Shown one piece after another: positions 12,651 through 24,610 of a stretch of DNA of 64,000 nucleotides. Each line of letters opens with the position of its first letter. Position 1 is the stretch's first letter. The stretch covers positions 151,466,001-151,530,000 of the forward strand of contig OZ336870.1 in NCBI GenBank assembly GCA_965287045.1, written 5' to 3'. The translations under genes were made by a program, and so were the position numbers. Source of the stretch: Carcharhinus amblyrhynchos. Lineage: Eukaryota. The notes beneath the pieces are model-generated. The model worked only from the letters and a program-made list of their open reading frames with translations, made no database searches and was not told where the DNA came from.

Positions 12651-14155
12651 TGGGGCTAGAAATGAACTTTAAGCCCCATGTCAATTTAGCATCAAGGTTA
12701 CATATTTCTTGTCATACGATGCTTCAGCCTTACCATCAGCAAAATTCTGCTTCATGATTTGATTGTTCAGTTGCTTTGCTGATGTGTTTTAGGTTTTTTC
12801 ACCAGTTTATCTTGTTGAACAAAAGTCAACACATTTATCTCAGTAATGTGTTACACCGCTTTTGAATGATTGGAGAAGCATACATGTTGGTGCACACAAG
12901 TTTATGACATCCTAGTTTTTACATCAAGGTATTCTCTTTAGTCCCCACTTCATTTTATTGTATGACTACATGTGTAGGCAGCCATAATCACAAGGAGATA
13001 ATTTAGTAGTTTATATACTTAGGAACAATTAAAATGCAATTGATCTAATCCAATAGTTCAAACCACCATGATGATATTGACTTATTTTTGACTTAGCTTG
13101 CAGACTGAAAACTGTTCTGATATTATGTATGGATCTAATGGCTTTTGATCAGATTTTGTACCACGCGCAAGATGTGTCAGCTCGGACAATGAGGCCTGAA
13201 TCTCTTTCATTGTGGCTAGTGAAGGATTGGGATAAAACGTACCCTGTCAGTTTCATAGCCTGTTTTGCTGGTTTGGGAATTAGCATCTATTAGGATGAGC
13301 TTGCAGCAGTATCACACCATCGAGAAGGGAGCTAGACATTAATGAGGATGAAGTTGTGACTGTACTACAGTGGCGGCAGAACCAGACGACAAGGGGACAG
13401 ATTTAAAGGGCACAAGAGAGATTGAAGAGTTGACAGGAGGATTATTTTGGGTGTTTGAACTCAGCAGAAGCTTAATAAAATAAGTTTTTTTTAACCTAGA
13501 GGAGAGTGAAAGGTGCCCAATACTGCACTCTCTTCCTTCAAAAATGGAATCAGTCAACCTTTCAATTTCGCAGCAAGAACTACTGCTAGACTTTCATTAC
13601 TGACTTTGAGATCAGCAGTATTAACAGAAAATGACAAGGAAATAGTGTGCATTGCTGTGCAGTGCCTTCCCACTGGTGCCTTTTCTCCTGCTGTCATCTA
13701 CATTTGCTAGGCAGTGAACAGACTGCCAACAACTTGCCCTCATGTGACAGGATACAGGAAGTATCTAGCTTAAGGTCGAAATTTGGCGATTGTCTTTCTC
13801 CCAGATTTTCCTTGGTTTTGCCAATGCTGTACTACCTGCAATTGAGCAGTATAGGTTGGGGATATTCAGACTTTACCATTTGGTGCATTCCATTTCCTGA
13901 TTGCAAGAATACAATCAAAAGGAGGAATTAAGGCATCATTACTGCAAACTCAGGAATAAGTTGCAGTTACTATCTGAAACGCTCTGTATCTAATATGAAA
14001 ATATATCAATAAACTTCAGTCCTAAATGTGAAAGGGAAGCTTGATATTTAACTAAAAAAATGTTTCAGCTGTGTTTCATTTGGCGTGATGCATGAAGATC
14101 AGAGGTTTATTACTGCTGAATTTGCAATTTGTGTACTTATTTTTCCTCAACTTAG

Positions 14156-14417
14156 GGTCCAAATGCCCTTGTGACATACACAATTATCAGCGGGGCGGAC
14201 AACAGTTTCCGCATTGATCCAGAATCCGGAGATCTTCTAGCCACTAAGCGTTTGGACCGAGAGCGTCGTTCCAAATATTCCCTATTGGTTCGAGCCGATG
14301 ATGGGCTGCAATCCTCAGATATGCGAATCAACATCACCGTCAGTGATATTAATGATCACACGCCTAAGTTCTCCAAAGATGTATATTCATTTGATATACC
14401 CGAGGACGCTACACCAG
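14156..14417 (+). CDS. FAT4: FAT4 internal coding exon, 262 nt, phase 0/1
   Basis: Acceptor tttttcctcaacttag|GGT, donor CCAG|gtaaaa. Encodes GPNALVTYTIISGADNSFRIDPESGDLLATKRLDRERRSKYSLLVRADDGLQSSDMRINITVSDINDHTPKF...DIPEDATP, near-identical to recalled FAT4. In phase with the previous exon. Confidence 0.96.
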
Positions 14418-15374
14418 GTAAAAAGAGAAACTACAGCAAATCTCACAGTATTAACAATGAATAATAATATTAGTAGAATAAATACAAACAAATATCCATG
14501 TTGTCTGATTGGCTAACTTAGGAGCAGTTCCCATGATTCTGTTCTCACTTTAATATTCTTCAGTTCTCTGCCCAAAGGCAGCTACTTGCTCTTTATTCAC
14601 CAACCATGGCAAAGCATTGTGATTTTTTTACCATGGGTAAGGCGAAGAATCTACCTCAGCCAGAATGAGGAAAGATCGAACCTAATAAGCCCAACTGCTG
14701 TTGGCAATAATCTGATCCTCATGCTAGCCAACTGGCCCATCTCACTCTTTAAAGGAAATCCTATTTTTATTCCAATGTAAGGCCATTTTAACCAATTATC
14801 ACATTTAAGTAGCCTATTGAGTAACCATCATAAAATGCCATGCTTCCTGGCTACGTGTATTGTCTAGGCATAAGATGGTAACGTACTGGCATCATGCTGA
14901 ACATGGCTGCAGTTAACTCGGGTCAAGTTCCATTATTTATATGTAATTGTTAGTTACTTGTCTGCAAAACAAGAGGCCAAGTGCTAAGGGATACCATATG
15001 TTATAAACTATCCCAAGCTGATCTGCACTGTATCTTCTCTGTCTCTGGCCTGGATTGTGCTGTCAGCTGCCCTTGAGCAGAAATGCATAGTAAACAAGCT
15101 CTGAGGCTTAACTAGAATGTCCTGTATAAATATATCTTGATAAATAAATACGTAGAAGTGTTTTGAAATAATGCCTACCATAAATAATGAGTGAAATGTT
15201 TCAATTTTACATTCTTTGAAGAAAGGTCATGGACCTGGATTGTCCTCAGCGGTGTTCTCTTGGGAGGTTTTGGGAGCGAGATCACAGGAAGGGGTCAACC
15301 AATCGCAGTGGAATTTTGTTGCAGCAGGTCTGCATGACAAAAACCCTTTGGATCCCAAAAGCTGTACTTATTCC

Positions 15375-15575
15375 ATCACATTGCCGTTCCTTCACAATCT
15401 AGAGTCAAAATCCTAGAATTTCTTCCCTAATGGCATTGTGGGTCAACCCACAGATCATGGACTGCAGCGATTCAAGAAGGTGGCTCAGCACCACCTTCTC
15501 AAGTGCAACTAGGGATGGGCAATAAGTGCTGGCTAGCCAGTATCACCCATGTCCCACGAATGAATTAAAAAAAAT
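15375..15575 (+). mobile_element. CR1-like LINE 3' end
   Basis: ggactgcagcgattcaagaaggtggctcagcaccaccttctcaag...agggatgggcaataa...gaatgaattaaaaaaa; same family as the tails near 19.6 kb and 47.2 kb. Confidence 0.72.
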
Positions 15576-17485
15576 CTTGCCAGAGGTAATTGTAAATAAA
15601 TGCCCCAGTATTTATGGGGATGGAATGGAGGCAGGTATAATCGGCTAGGAAACCCAGAAATGTTGGAAATGTAGATATCTTGCCAAATATACTAAGATCT
15701 TATTAGAACTTTTGAACTCCCTTTGCCATCTGACAGTCAGCTATATTGCAGGCTGCCAGATGAGAAAACCTGAAGTACACAGCCACAGCCATGGATCACT
15801 GGAGGCAAACACTGGCAATTTGAGAAGGTCGGAAATTGGCAAGGGGACTCGAGCACACCAGAGATTGTAACAACAGAGAGGTCATTGGAAAGGGTGAGAG
15901 ATTGCAGAGGTGTATAGATAGTGGAGGAAAAAGATCACACTGGAGAGATTGTGAGGAAGAAGAGATTTTAGAGGGAAAGATTGCATGGAAGAAACTTGCA
16001 GAGAGGGATCGGAGGAGGGAGAGAATTTGGGAGAAAGATCACAGGGAGAAGCTGATGAATCATAGAGAGGAATAGATTTGGTGAGAATTCCATTGGATCC
16101 CAAAAGCTGAGGCACTGAGTCTCACTGAGAATTCTACATTTTGTGTTATTTGTTTGGCCCAACACATGTTGTTAAAGTGGGTGTGTTTGCAGCTGCCTAG
16201 GGTTGAGTTTAACCTTTTCCTCTCCTGCCTGTCATGGGATGAAGGGGGGGCGGCATGTTGTTGCGAAGTGAAACTTATTCTGATGTTTCTGCTGCATCCC
16301 CAAGAAAGTAACAATTGACAGAGCAGAACAGCTCGAACGAAGTTTGCAGACTTTATCTCCATTTATTTATCTCCCTTTCCTTGGGAGAGTCTTAGCATTA
16401 GTTTCACTATTTTGTGAGATATAGATAGGATGGAACGGTGCATGGCCAAAGTGGAAAAGTCAACATGACCAAAAGATTTACAAGGTTAGTTATTAAAAGA
16501 AGATATGAACATTTTAGGACCCGGTTGTTTACTGGTGTTTACAGTGCAAGACGGTGATAACCAAACTGAATATTTACAAGTGTATATCAAAGTCCTAAAC
16601 AGCTTCTGATTAATCAATTGTATTACATGCTATAAATATTAACAACTGAAGGCTTCCTAGTTCTACAATATTATTGAATAGATCTTTTGGAAAAGCAAAG
16701 TGTGCTTATTAAGCAATGAAAAATCAGAAGCTACAAAGGCATACCCAGCCCAGTTGCTGCAAAATGCTCTTCACTAACATATAAGGACTTGTGCCAAAAT
16801 TAAGAGAGCTGTCCCATAAATATTTTGAGAAACTACTTGACAGAGTCCCAGAATCATACCTTACAGCCATGCTGGCCCAGATTCCGCCATCTCAGCCTCT
16901 GACCATGTTCTGTCCTACCAGTAGGACAGACCCACAAGAGTTGGCAGTATAGTGGTATACAATCCTCAACATTGATTTAGGACCCCATGAAATCTCATTA
17001 CATCAAATCAATATGAGCAAGCAAACCTCCTGCTGGTTGCCACCTACTGCCCTCCCTCAGCTGATAAATCTTCCATTTTAAATACCAATTGGAAGAAGCA
17101 CATAGGGTCAGCAACTGTATAGAATGTACTCTGGGTAGGGGAGTTCAGGGTTCATTACCAAAAGTGGCTCAGTAGCACCACTACTGATCAAGCTGGCCAA
17201 GTCCTGAAGGACATTGCTACCACACTGGGCCTGTGGAAGGTGGAGAAGGAACCAACTTGATGGAAAACCCTACTTGAACTCATCCCCACTAAGTTATCTG
17301 TAGAAGATGCATCTCTCCATGATAGCAACAAAGCCCACCTTCACATGAGAACATCCTCCACCATCTTGTATGACATTTACGCCGTGCTAAATAGTATAAG
17401 TTCAGAATAGACCTGAATGAGGTGCTGTGACTAACAACAGTGGCAAAGTTGAATTACATTAAAATCTGTTACCTCATAGCATGGC

Positions 17486-17700
17486 ATGTCCCCCTGTCTG
17501 CGTGGCTTTCCTTCGAGTTCTCCGGTTTTCTGCCACAGTCAAAAGATTTGTGGTTTAGGTTGATTGGCCATGTTAAATTGACCCTAGTGTCGGGATAACA
17601 TATGTGGAGTTGTGTGAATGGGCCTGGGTGGTATTGTGAGCGATGCAGACTCGATTGGCTGAGTGGCCTCCTTCTGCACTGTAGGAATTCTATGATTCTT
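17486..17700 (+). mobile_element. HE1-type V-SINE, 5'-truncated
   Basis: tgtctgcgtggctttcc..ctccggttttctgccacagtcaaaagat...gattggccatgttaaattg; tail ttctatgattct. Confidence 0.8.
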
Positions 17701-18804
17701 TGCACAAAGGGTTTTGTATTTTTGGAGTTTTCTACCCCAGAGATGTTTAGTTATTGAAACAGAGATCAATAGATTTTTATGCAGTAAGTGAATTAAGGGA
17801 TATGGGCATAATGTAGGAAGATGGAATTGAGGTAAATGATTAGCCATTGTGGTAGTGAATCGCAGAGCAGGCTTGAAGGGTCAAATGCCCTACATCTGCT
17901 TCCTATTTCTTGTGCTCTTATGTCAAGAAGCGCTTAAACACTCTGGTTACAGTAATGATGACAGACCTATCTGTAGTACTGAACACTTGTTCTCAAGAAC
18001 CAGCCACGCTCTAGCAACCTAGTCTAGCTCAGCTGCAATACTGCTGGTATTTACTTGGCAGAGTGGTATATTGCCAAGGAATAGCCTATCCAAAAAGAGG
18101 GAGGACAAGTCCAGTCCAGCATATGAACAACTCCTTTCAGTCTTCAGCTGAGTGGTGAAAGATGTCATTGATGCTTTCAAGCAGCCATTACTCCAATAAC
18201 CTGCTGCTCCTAATTAGTTTGGTTCTGTCAGGAACAGTCAGTTCCTGTCCTCATTACACCCTTAATCCAAACAAGTACAAAAGGACTGAGGGTTTTAGTT
18301 AAGTCGGGCAGCATGGTCGGTGCAGGCTTGGCGGGCCGAAGGGTCTTTTTTTTTTGCTCTGAATTCTAGAGGAAAGGTGAGATTGACTGCAGTTGAGAAC
18401 AGGGTAGTATTTGGTCAAGTGTGCCAATAGGAAGCCCTCATGAAATTAGTCATTGGAAATTTAGGAGCAAACTTTGTACCAGTGAAGTCATATCTTGCAC
18501 AAAGTAAGGTGGTTGTGGTTATTGGAGATCAGTAATTTCAGGACATTGCTGCAGGAGTCCTTTGGACAGTGTGCTTGGTCCAGCCAACTTCAGCTGCTTC
18601 AGCATTGACCTTATATCCGTCATAAGCTCAGAATGGAGGTGCTTGCTGATCATTACAATGTTTCGTTCCATTTCCAACTCTTCTGGTAATGAACCAGCCC
18701 ATGCTTGCATGCAGCAAGACCTGGACAACATTCAACCTTGGGCTGATAAGTAACATTCATGTCATGCAAAAGCTCAGCAATAACTGTCTCCAATAGAAGA
18801 GATA

Positions 18805-19020
18805 AAATTAGAAAATGCTGAAAAAACTCAGCAAATCTGGCAGCATCTGTGGCAAGCGAAACAGACATTTTGAGTCTGTATGACTAAAACTGATATTGAG
18901 CTTAAAACATTAATTCTATTTGTCTCTCCAAAGATGCTGCCAAATTTGCTGAGTTTTCCCAGAATTTTCTGTTTTATTTCCAATTTCCAGCATCCACAGC
19001 ATTTTGCTTGTATTTTAGTG
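18805..19020. repeat. Palindromic (fold-back) short repeat, probably Penelope-derived, nested in a LINE
   Basis: agaaaatgctg..aaactcagcaaatctggcagcatct pairs with agatgctgccaaatttgctgagtttt..cagaattttct; flanked by tccaata on both sides. Confidence 0.7.
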
Positions 19021-20071
19021 TCCAATAACACAAAATGTAACCATCTCTCATTGACATTCAGAGACATTACTATTATTGAGCCCCCTACAATTGACATCCT
19101 TGTGGGGCTGTGGGTGATTATTACTGAACAGAAATTGACTGGATCAGATAAATAATTACTGTAGCTAGAGAAGGTCAGAAGCTGATATTTTGTGGTGTAT
19201 AACTCACCTCCTGACTTCCCAATGACTTTTCAGTATCTATAAAGAGAAATTTGGAGTGCAATGAATACTTAAAACCTGCCTGGATGAGTGCAACTCCATC
19301 AAAAAGCAAGGGGACAATACCGCCAGGTATAAAGCAGTTGCTTTATTGACACATCATCCAGCATCTTGAACACATCCACCTTTGGTGAACCCTAGCTACA
19401 GCATGTACCATTCACAAGATACACTGTAGCAACTCACAAAGGCTTCTTTGACAGCATTTCCCAAACTTGCAATTCTATCACCTAGAACAGGAAGAGTAGA
19501 AGGCAACACCATCATTTCCAAGTCACACACCCAGCTTTGATTTGGAAATATATTATTGTTCGTTTATTGTTGCTGGGCTAACATCCTGAAACTGTCTCCC
19601 TAACAGCATTGTAGGGCTATCTTCACCACATGGATTATAGCTGTACAAGAAGGTGGTTAGGAATGGGCAATAATTACTGGCTTTGCTAACGATAATTAAT
19701 TCTGTAAAATGTATTATGCAAAATGCTTTGTACAAATTTGACAAATGCCGTGTAGAAACTGCTCATTTTAATTAGTGTGCACCATAATCTTGTGGGCTTT
19801 GGCATTTTGATTTTAATGCTTCATAAATGGCACAGATGAAAATTGTTTTGGAACAGGGCAGCTACAAGAGTAGTGATAGAAACAAGATGTTACTGATGCT
19901 ATTGAAATGAAAATTGTTCATTGAAGGTAAGTCGTTCCTTTCTTTTTCAAAAAGAAAATAAGGAAATATTTAGAAATGAGAGAAGGTTTGATTTTTTTTA
20001 ATGAAGAATCACAATGCTACATTTTTAAAAATGTTGTTAGAGATTTTAAAAACTTTATTTAAACATTTTAG

Positions 20072-20422
20072 GTTCCATTGTGGCAGCCACCTTGGCCAAT
20101 GATGCAGATTCTGGCACAAATGGGGAAATCACATACATGGTAGAAGAGGATGATGAAGATGGGATGTTTTTCCTCAATTCTGTGACCGGTGTTTTCAATC
20201 TGACTCGAACCCTGGATTATGAGAAGCAACCGTATTACATTCTGACTGTGCGGGCAGAAGATGGCGGCGGACAGTTCAGCACAGTGAGAGTTTACTTCAA
20301 TGTGCTGGATGTGAACGATAATCCTCCCATTTTCAACCCTTCAACTTACAGCACTTCAGTGATGGAAAACCTTCCTCTTGGAGTGAGCATCCTAACCGTT
20401 AAAGCAACTGATGCAGATGATG
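20072..20422 (+). CDS. FAT4: FAT4 internal coding exon, 351 nt, phase 1/1
   Basis: Acceptor acattttag|GT, donor GATG|gtacgt. Encodes (G)SIVAATLANDADSGTNGEITY...LDYEKQPYYILTVRAEDGGGQFSTVRVYFNVLDVNDNPPIF...KATDADD. Confidence 0.96.
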
Positions 20423-20799
20423 GTACGTATGATAGAAAAGTTACGGATAAATTACGGCTGTACTAATGCCAGTCAGTATTGCAATAAGTGCTTCATCTCT
20501 CAATGACATTCAGTCGATTTCCAGAGATTCACGTTCTTTTTCCTGTTGAAAATGGCTGGGGTAATTGTACATTGAGAATAATGCTTCTATAGCTATTTGG
20601 ACAAATTTCCATGAGGCTGAGGATTGGCATTTGTAATTTGCTACCTACCCATTCACCCTAAGTTCCTTCAGAATTAACCTGAGTTATGATTTGCAATATA
20701 GCAAGGCATAAGTATGAATTAATAGATTTTTTTAAACTCTTTCAAATTGCACCTCTGTATTTTTTCAAAAGAAGCCAGATCTTTTTACTTCTGTCTCAA

Positions 20800-21085
20800 T
20801 TCAGTCAGATTGGGTGGGTGGGGGGTGGTTGGGTCGGGTCAGGAATAGCTGAGTGGTTAGGGCGTAATTGGATTGGGTTGTGGATAGTCAAGAGGGCGGG
20901 GTGGTAATCAGAAATAGTCAGATTGAGTCGGAATGGGGTAGTCAGATCAGGTTGGTAGTCAGATTGGATTGGGGTGGGGGGGGAGCGTAGTTGGATTGGG
21001 TCAGGGGTAGCTGAGTGAATAGGGGATTCTAGGATTGGGTCAGAGGTGTAGTTGGGGGCAGGGTGTGTGGTTATTGTGGGTTCAG
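20800..21085 (+). repeat. Degenerate G-rich tandem repeat, unit resembling ggggtagtcagattgg
   Basis: Recurrent tagtcaga / ggattggg / gggtcagg motifs. Confidence 0.55.
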
Positions 21086-24000
21086 TTGTGAAGATCCCTC
21101 GCTGTTAGAGAAGGCTTTATCTGTCTAACGTTTCCTGGGTAACTGTTCAGGTATGTAAATCAAAAATGTCTATGTCAGAGATGTTTGCTGAGTTGTGGAG
21201 GGTCTGGGGGAGTAGAGGAATTGAGCATCAGAACTTCCCAGGCAATCCCCATGTTGGTCAGCATGTCAGGACTTCCACAAAGTCCTGTTGCGCATTTACA
21301 TCATATATCTGGTCCCTAACATTCGAGAGGCAAGATTTAGGTTAAATTTTGAACATCTTTTAAATCTCATCCACTCTGAATGCACTAATATTTAGAGGGT
21401 TAAAACTCCCTTCCGGTTCTCTGACAAATTTAGCCTGAGATCCTATTAATATTCAAATTATTCTCGATTGTTAACGCATCTCCAGTAACCTAGTTTCAGA
21501 GCTCATGTTTAACTCAACACCTGAATCTCTGCAAGGAAGGAACAAAGGTCTAAGCAAAGTTACTGACATTGAGAGAGATCCAAGAGCAGCAGAAACAGTG
21601 TCAGTTACTGTTGTTCTTAGCATTCCTTGAGGAATGTTTGGTTTGACACAGATGTTGAAGGGCAGCTGGAAGAGCTCTTGTGTTTCTGGTTAAACATAAG
21701 GCGCCTGGCTTAAGCACTTGTTGTTGTAGCTGTGTTGTTGCAGTCATGATTGTACAAATGTAAACATTTGATATGATTTTCCTATCTGTGAGAGAGCCAC
21801 AAACAATGCAGATTAGATCAGTTGTAATAAATTGCACCATTATAGTAAGGGATGCATTATTAATGGGGTCCACCATACCATATTATCATTTGAAGCTTTG
21901 TCGAATGCCTATCACTGGTAACATGATTACACGTCACTTGATCTCACTGCATAGTTCAAATTGTTCCCAAAGTAACCAAATAAAAGTCTGCAGCATTTTC
22001 TTCCTATTTAACTCCCACACATAAACACTTTGTTAAGTCCTGCAGTTTTGAGTTTGCCAATGAAAATATTGGCAGCTTGGGCCCCAAGTCAAAATAGTAT
22101 TGTTGAAAAAGAAGTCCAAAGTCTATTTCTTTTCCTTGTTTTTGAAAATATCAGGGTGTGGAATCCTGTGTCTGAATAATGAAACAAATTAAGAGTTTGT
22201 TCGAAGCAAAATAATAACCCACTTAACTTATTATTAACTGCATAATTTGAAGAAAGTAATGTATTAAATTACATACTTTAATTGCCTACAACAGCATATC
22301 TGCTAGCTTTTACACATCCCAGTCTCTGCCAATACGTGCAGCTTTTGTGCCATTAGTTCATACTGAGCTATTGTACTGGCTCTAAAAGCCCTTCTTGCAT
22401 CTTAAGCATGGCTACACTCTAAATCGGTTCTGTTGTGATTTATGTGTGACAGTGGAAAGATAACAATCAGAAAGGTCATTGATGGGTTGCTGTTTATTTG
22501 TGGATATTGGAACTCTAACTGGAAAAAGTTGGTTTGCGCATTCAAATCTAATGACCCAGTTAGTCTAATTAGTCAGTGTTAAATGCAGCATTAGCCTTAA
22601 GATAAGAAACAATGATCGATTGGCAAAGGGCACAGTAACCCGCAAAGTACACGTTTAAAAATAATTCCATGTTGACTTGCATCATTATAATGCTCATAAA
22701 ATTGTTACATCCCATCTACATGGCCAGTTGTGAATGGAGGTAACTCAGGGATGGATGCAATTTCAAAGTAAAGCTTAACCCCCGTATTGTGACTTAGAAT
22801 CTTTATTTGATACTCGTGTAAATGAGTGCCCAATATGCCATTGGAGTAAGCCTTTGATTTTCCACGCACTTATCTCTTGGCAACAACATACCACATTTGC
22901 ACCATTGCCTAGAGCAGTGCTAATACTGAGAACTAATACCATATTTATATTGCAATTTCTACTTGAAGTAGTTCCACAATATACTTGAACTCGATTTGCT
23001 CTGAATTGATCTAATTTGACCATAGAAGAACTAAAACGTCAGCAGTAATAGGGAAATAGCTGCACATATGCAGCTGTTGATAAGCCACTGAAGGTAATTT
23101 TGACTTTGTCAAGTGCCTCAAGACGTTTTGCTACATTAAAGTCACTTTATACCTGTGTGTGCAATATGAAATGTATAAAGAGAGAACCTGCAGCCTATTT
23201 TGCATCTCATCTCTCCCATTGTTTTTAATTCTAGTGAAGTGAGAGGTAAAACAGGCTCACATTCAGCTATCAGACTTGAGGAGCCCATAGTAACTGGCTG
23301 CTGCAGAGGCATTTATGTTTGCCATCAATGACATGGGGAAAAAAGCACTGTAAGGGTACGTGTAATTCCAAAGGCATTGGCTGTGCTTTGTATGGCGGCA
23401 TGGTTACTGGAAAGTTGAGCCGTATAAAGTACAATGTCAGGCTTACAGTTGGAGCTATGCCTTTCAATTAAGGGTGAATCTTCATTGTCACTTCCTGGCC
23501 AATAATCTGGCAGAGTGGATCACAACCCTTTGCCGAAGTCATTTGATTTTCATTCCACCATATTATAGAATTCATTGAGCAGGTGATCTGCTCTACCAGA
23601 TTATCGCGCATGTACCCCTGTAGAGTTTACTTTTACCCTGCAGTGTGCTCGCACCTCTGGCGGATATTTTACATTCACCTCTTGACATTGAATATCACAT
23701 TTGATTGTTTTGATCATACGTGGTAATAGGTTAAAAACCAGACCATCATCTCCCTTGGTTGACATTTTCACCTCAATTTTATTATTTTAAATGGTTTCAA
23801 ATTATACATTTAAGAGTGGAAAAAAATAGAAGCATTTCACCCATCAGCACTTTAAAAAGATTGAGTATTCTATATAAAGCCATTATCGTCTGTAGAGACA
23901 GGAAGGAAAAGAGCTCTTCAATACGATGCAGCAAAATAAAAAGTAAAGTCAAGAATCAGGTTTCAACTAATAAAGGAACTGGTAAGTGTCTTTAATATAT

Positions 24001-24289
24001 GTGCTAAAAGGCTGGAAGGAGGCCAGAATTTTCCGACTATATACACCAGTGGGGTTTTCCCATCCCGCTGCAGTGAATGGAGATCTGGCTTGTCACCAAA
24101 ATCCTCATCTTCATGCAGCGGGAGCGTGGCGTGAATGGACAAAAAAATCGTGCCCATTAGATTTATCTCAGTCAGGCACGGAAGTGCATTGGAATGATGA
24201 AAAGGGGAGTGAAAGAACTTGAAAATAGATGAACTGAAGTAGAATACATGAGAAATCAGGCAGAAAAGTAGGGAGACAAGTAACGTCTC

Positions 24290-24610
24290 AGATTCTAAAG
24301 TTTTTGTTCAGTCTATCAGACTGCAATCTGGTCAAGAGGAAGATGAGATGCTGCTACTAAAGTTTGCATTGGTTTTGGAAGAAAGTAGGAGAGCAAAAGC
24401 AGATGTGGGAAAGAGAGAGAGAACTAAAGTGGTTGGTGAGTCACTGACTTCAGAATTATGCTTGTGCAGAAGTTCTCAAAGTTTTCATCTGAATTGAATT
24501 TGGTTCCCATAATGCAGAAGAAAACATGGTGAGCAGAGAACATAAGAAACAAACTGGAGTAAGTGCATGTAAATTGCTGCTTCATGTTGGAAAAGTGGTC
24601 CCTGCTCAGT
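24290..24610 (-). mobile_element. Degraded Penelope-like element, GIY-YIG endonuclease region
   Basis: Minus translation MKQQFTCTYSSLFLMFSAHHVFFCIMGTK resembles the recalled Penelope motif VKQRFTCTSSNLVYCIRC..C.LLYIGET. Confidence 0.5.

Larger units (their letters stand above)
16765..19700 (+). mobile_element. Old degraded CR1-like LINE (endonuclease remnant to 3' tail) with nested insertions
   Basis: Endonuclease-type 5' sequence aacatataaggacttgtgccaaaattaagagagctgtcc; RT remnant SVLGPANFSCFSIDL...ACMQQDLDNIQPWADK; tail ttaggaatgggcaataattactgg. Confidence 0.72.

Noticed and set aside
15830-16075. Charged-residue-rich ORF
   Set aside because: Product of purine-rich low-complexity sequence; no splice signals or domain.
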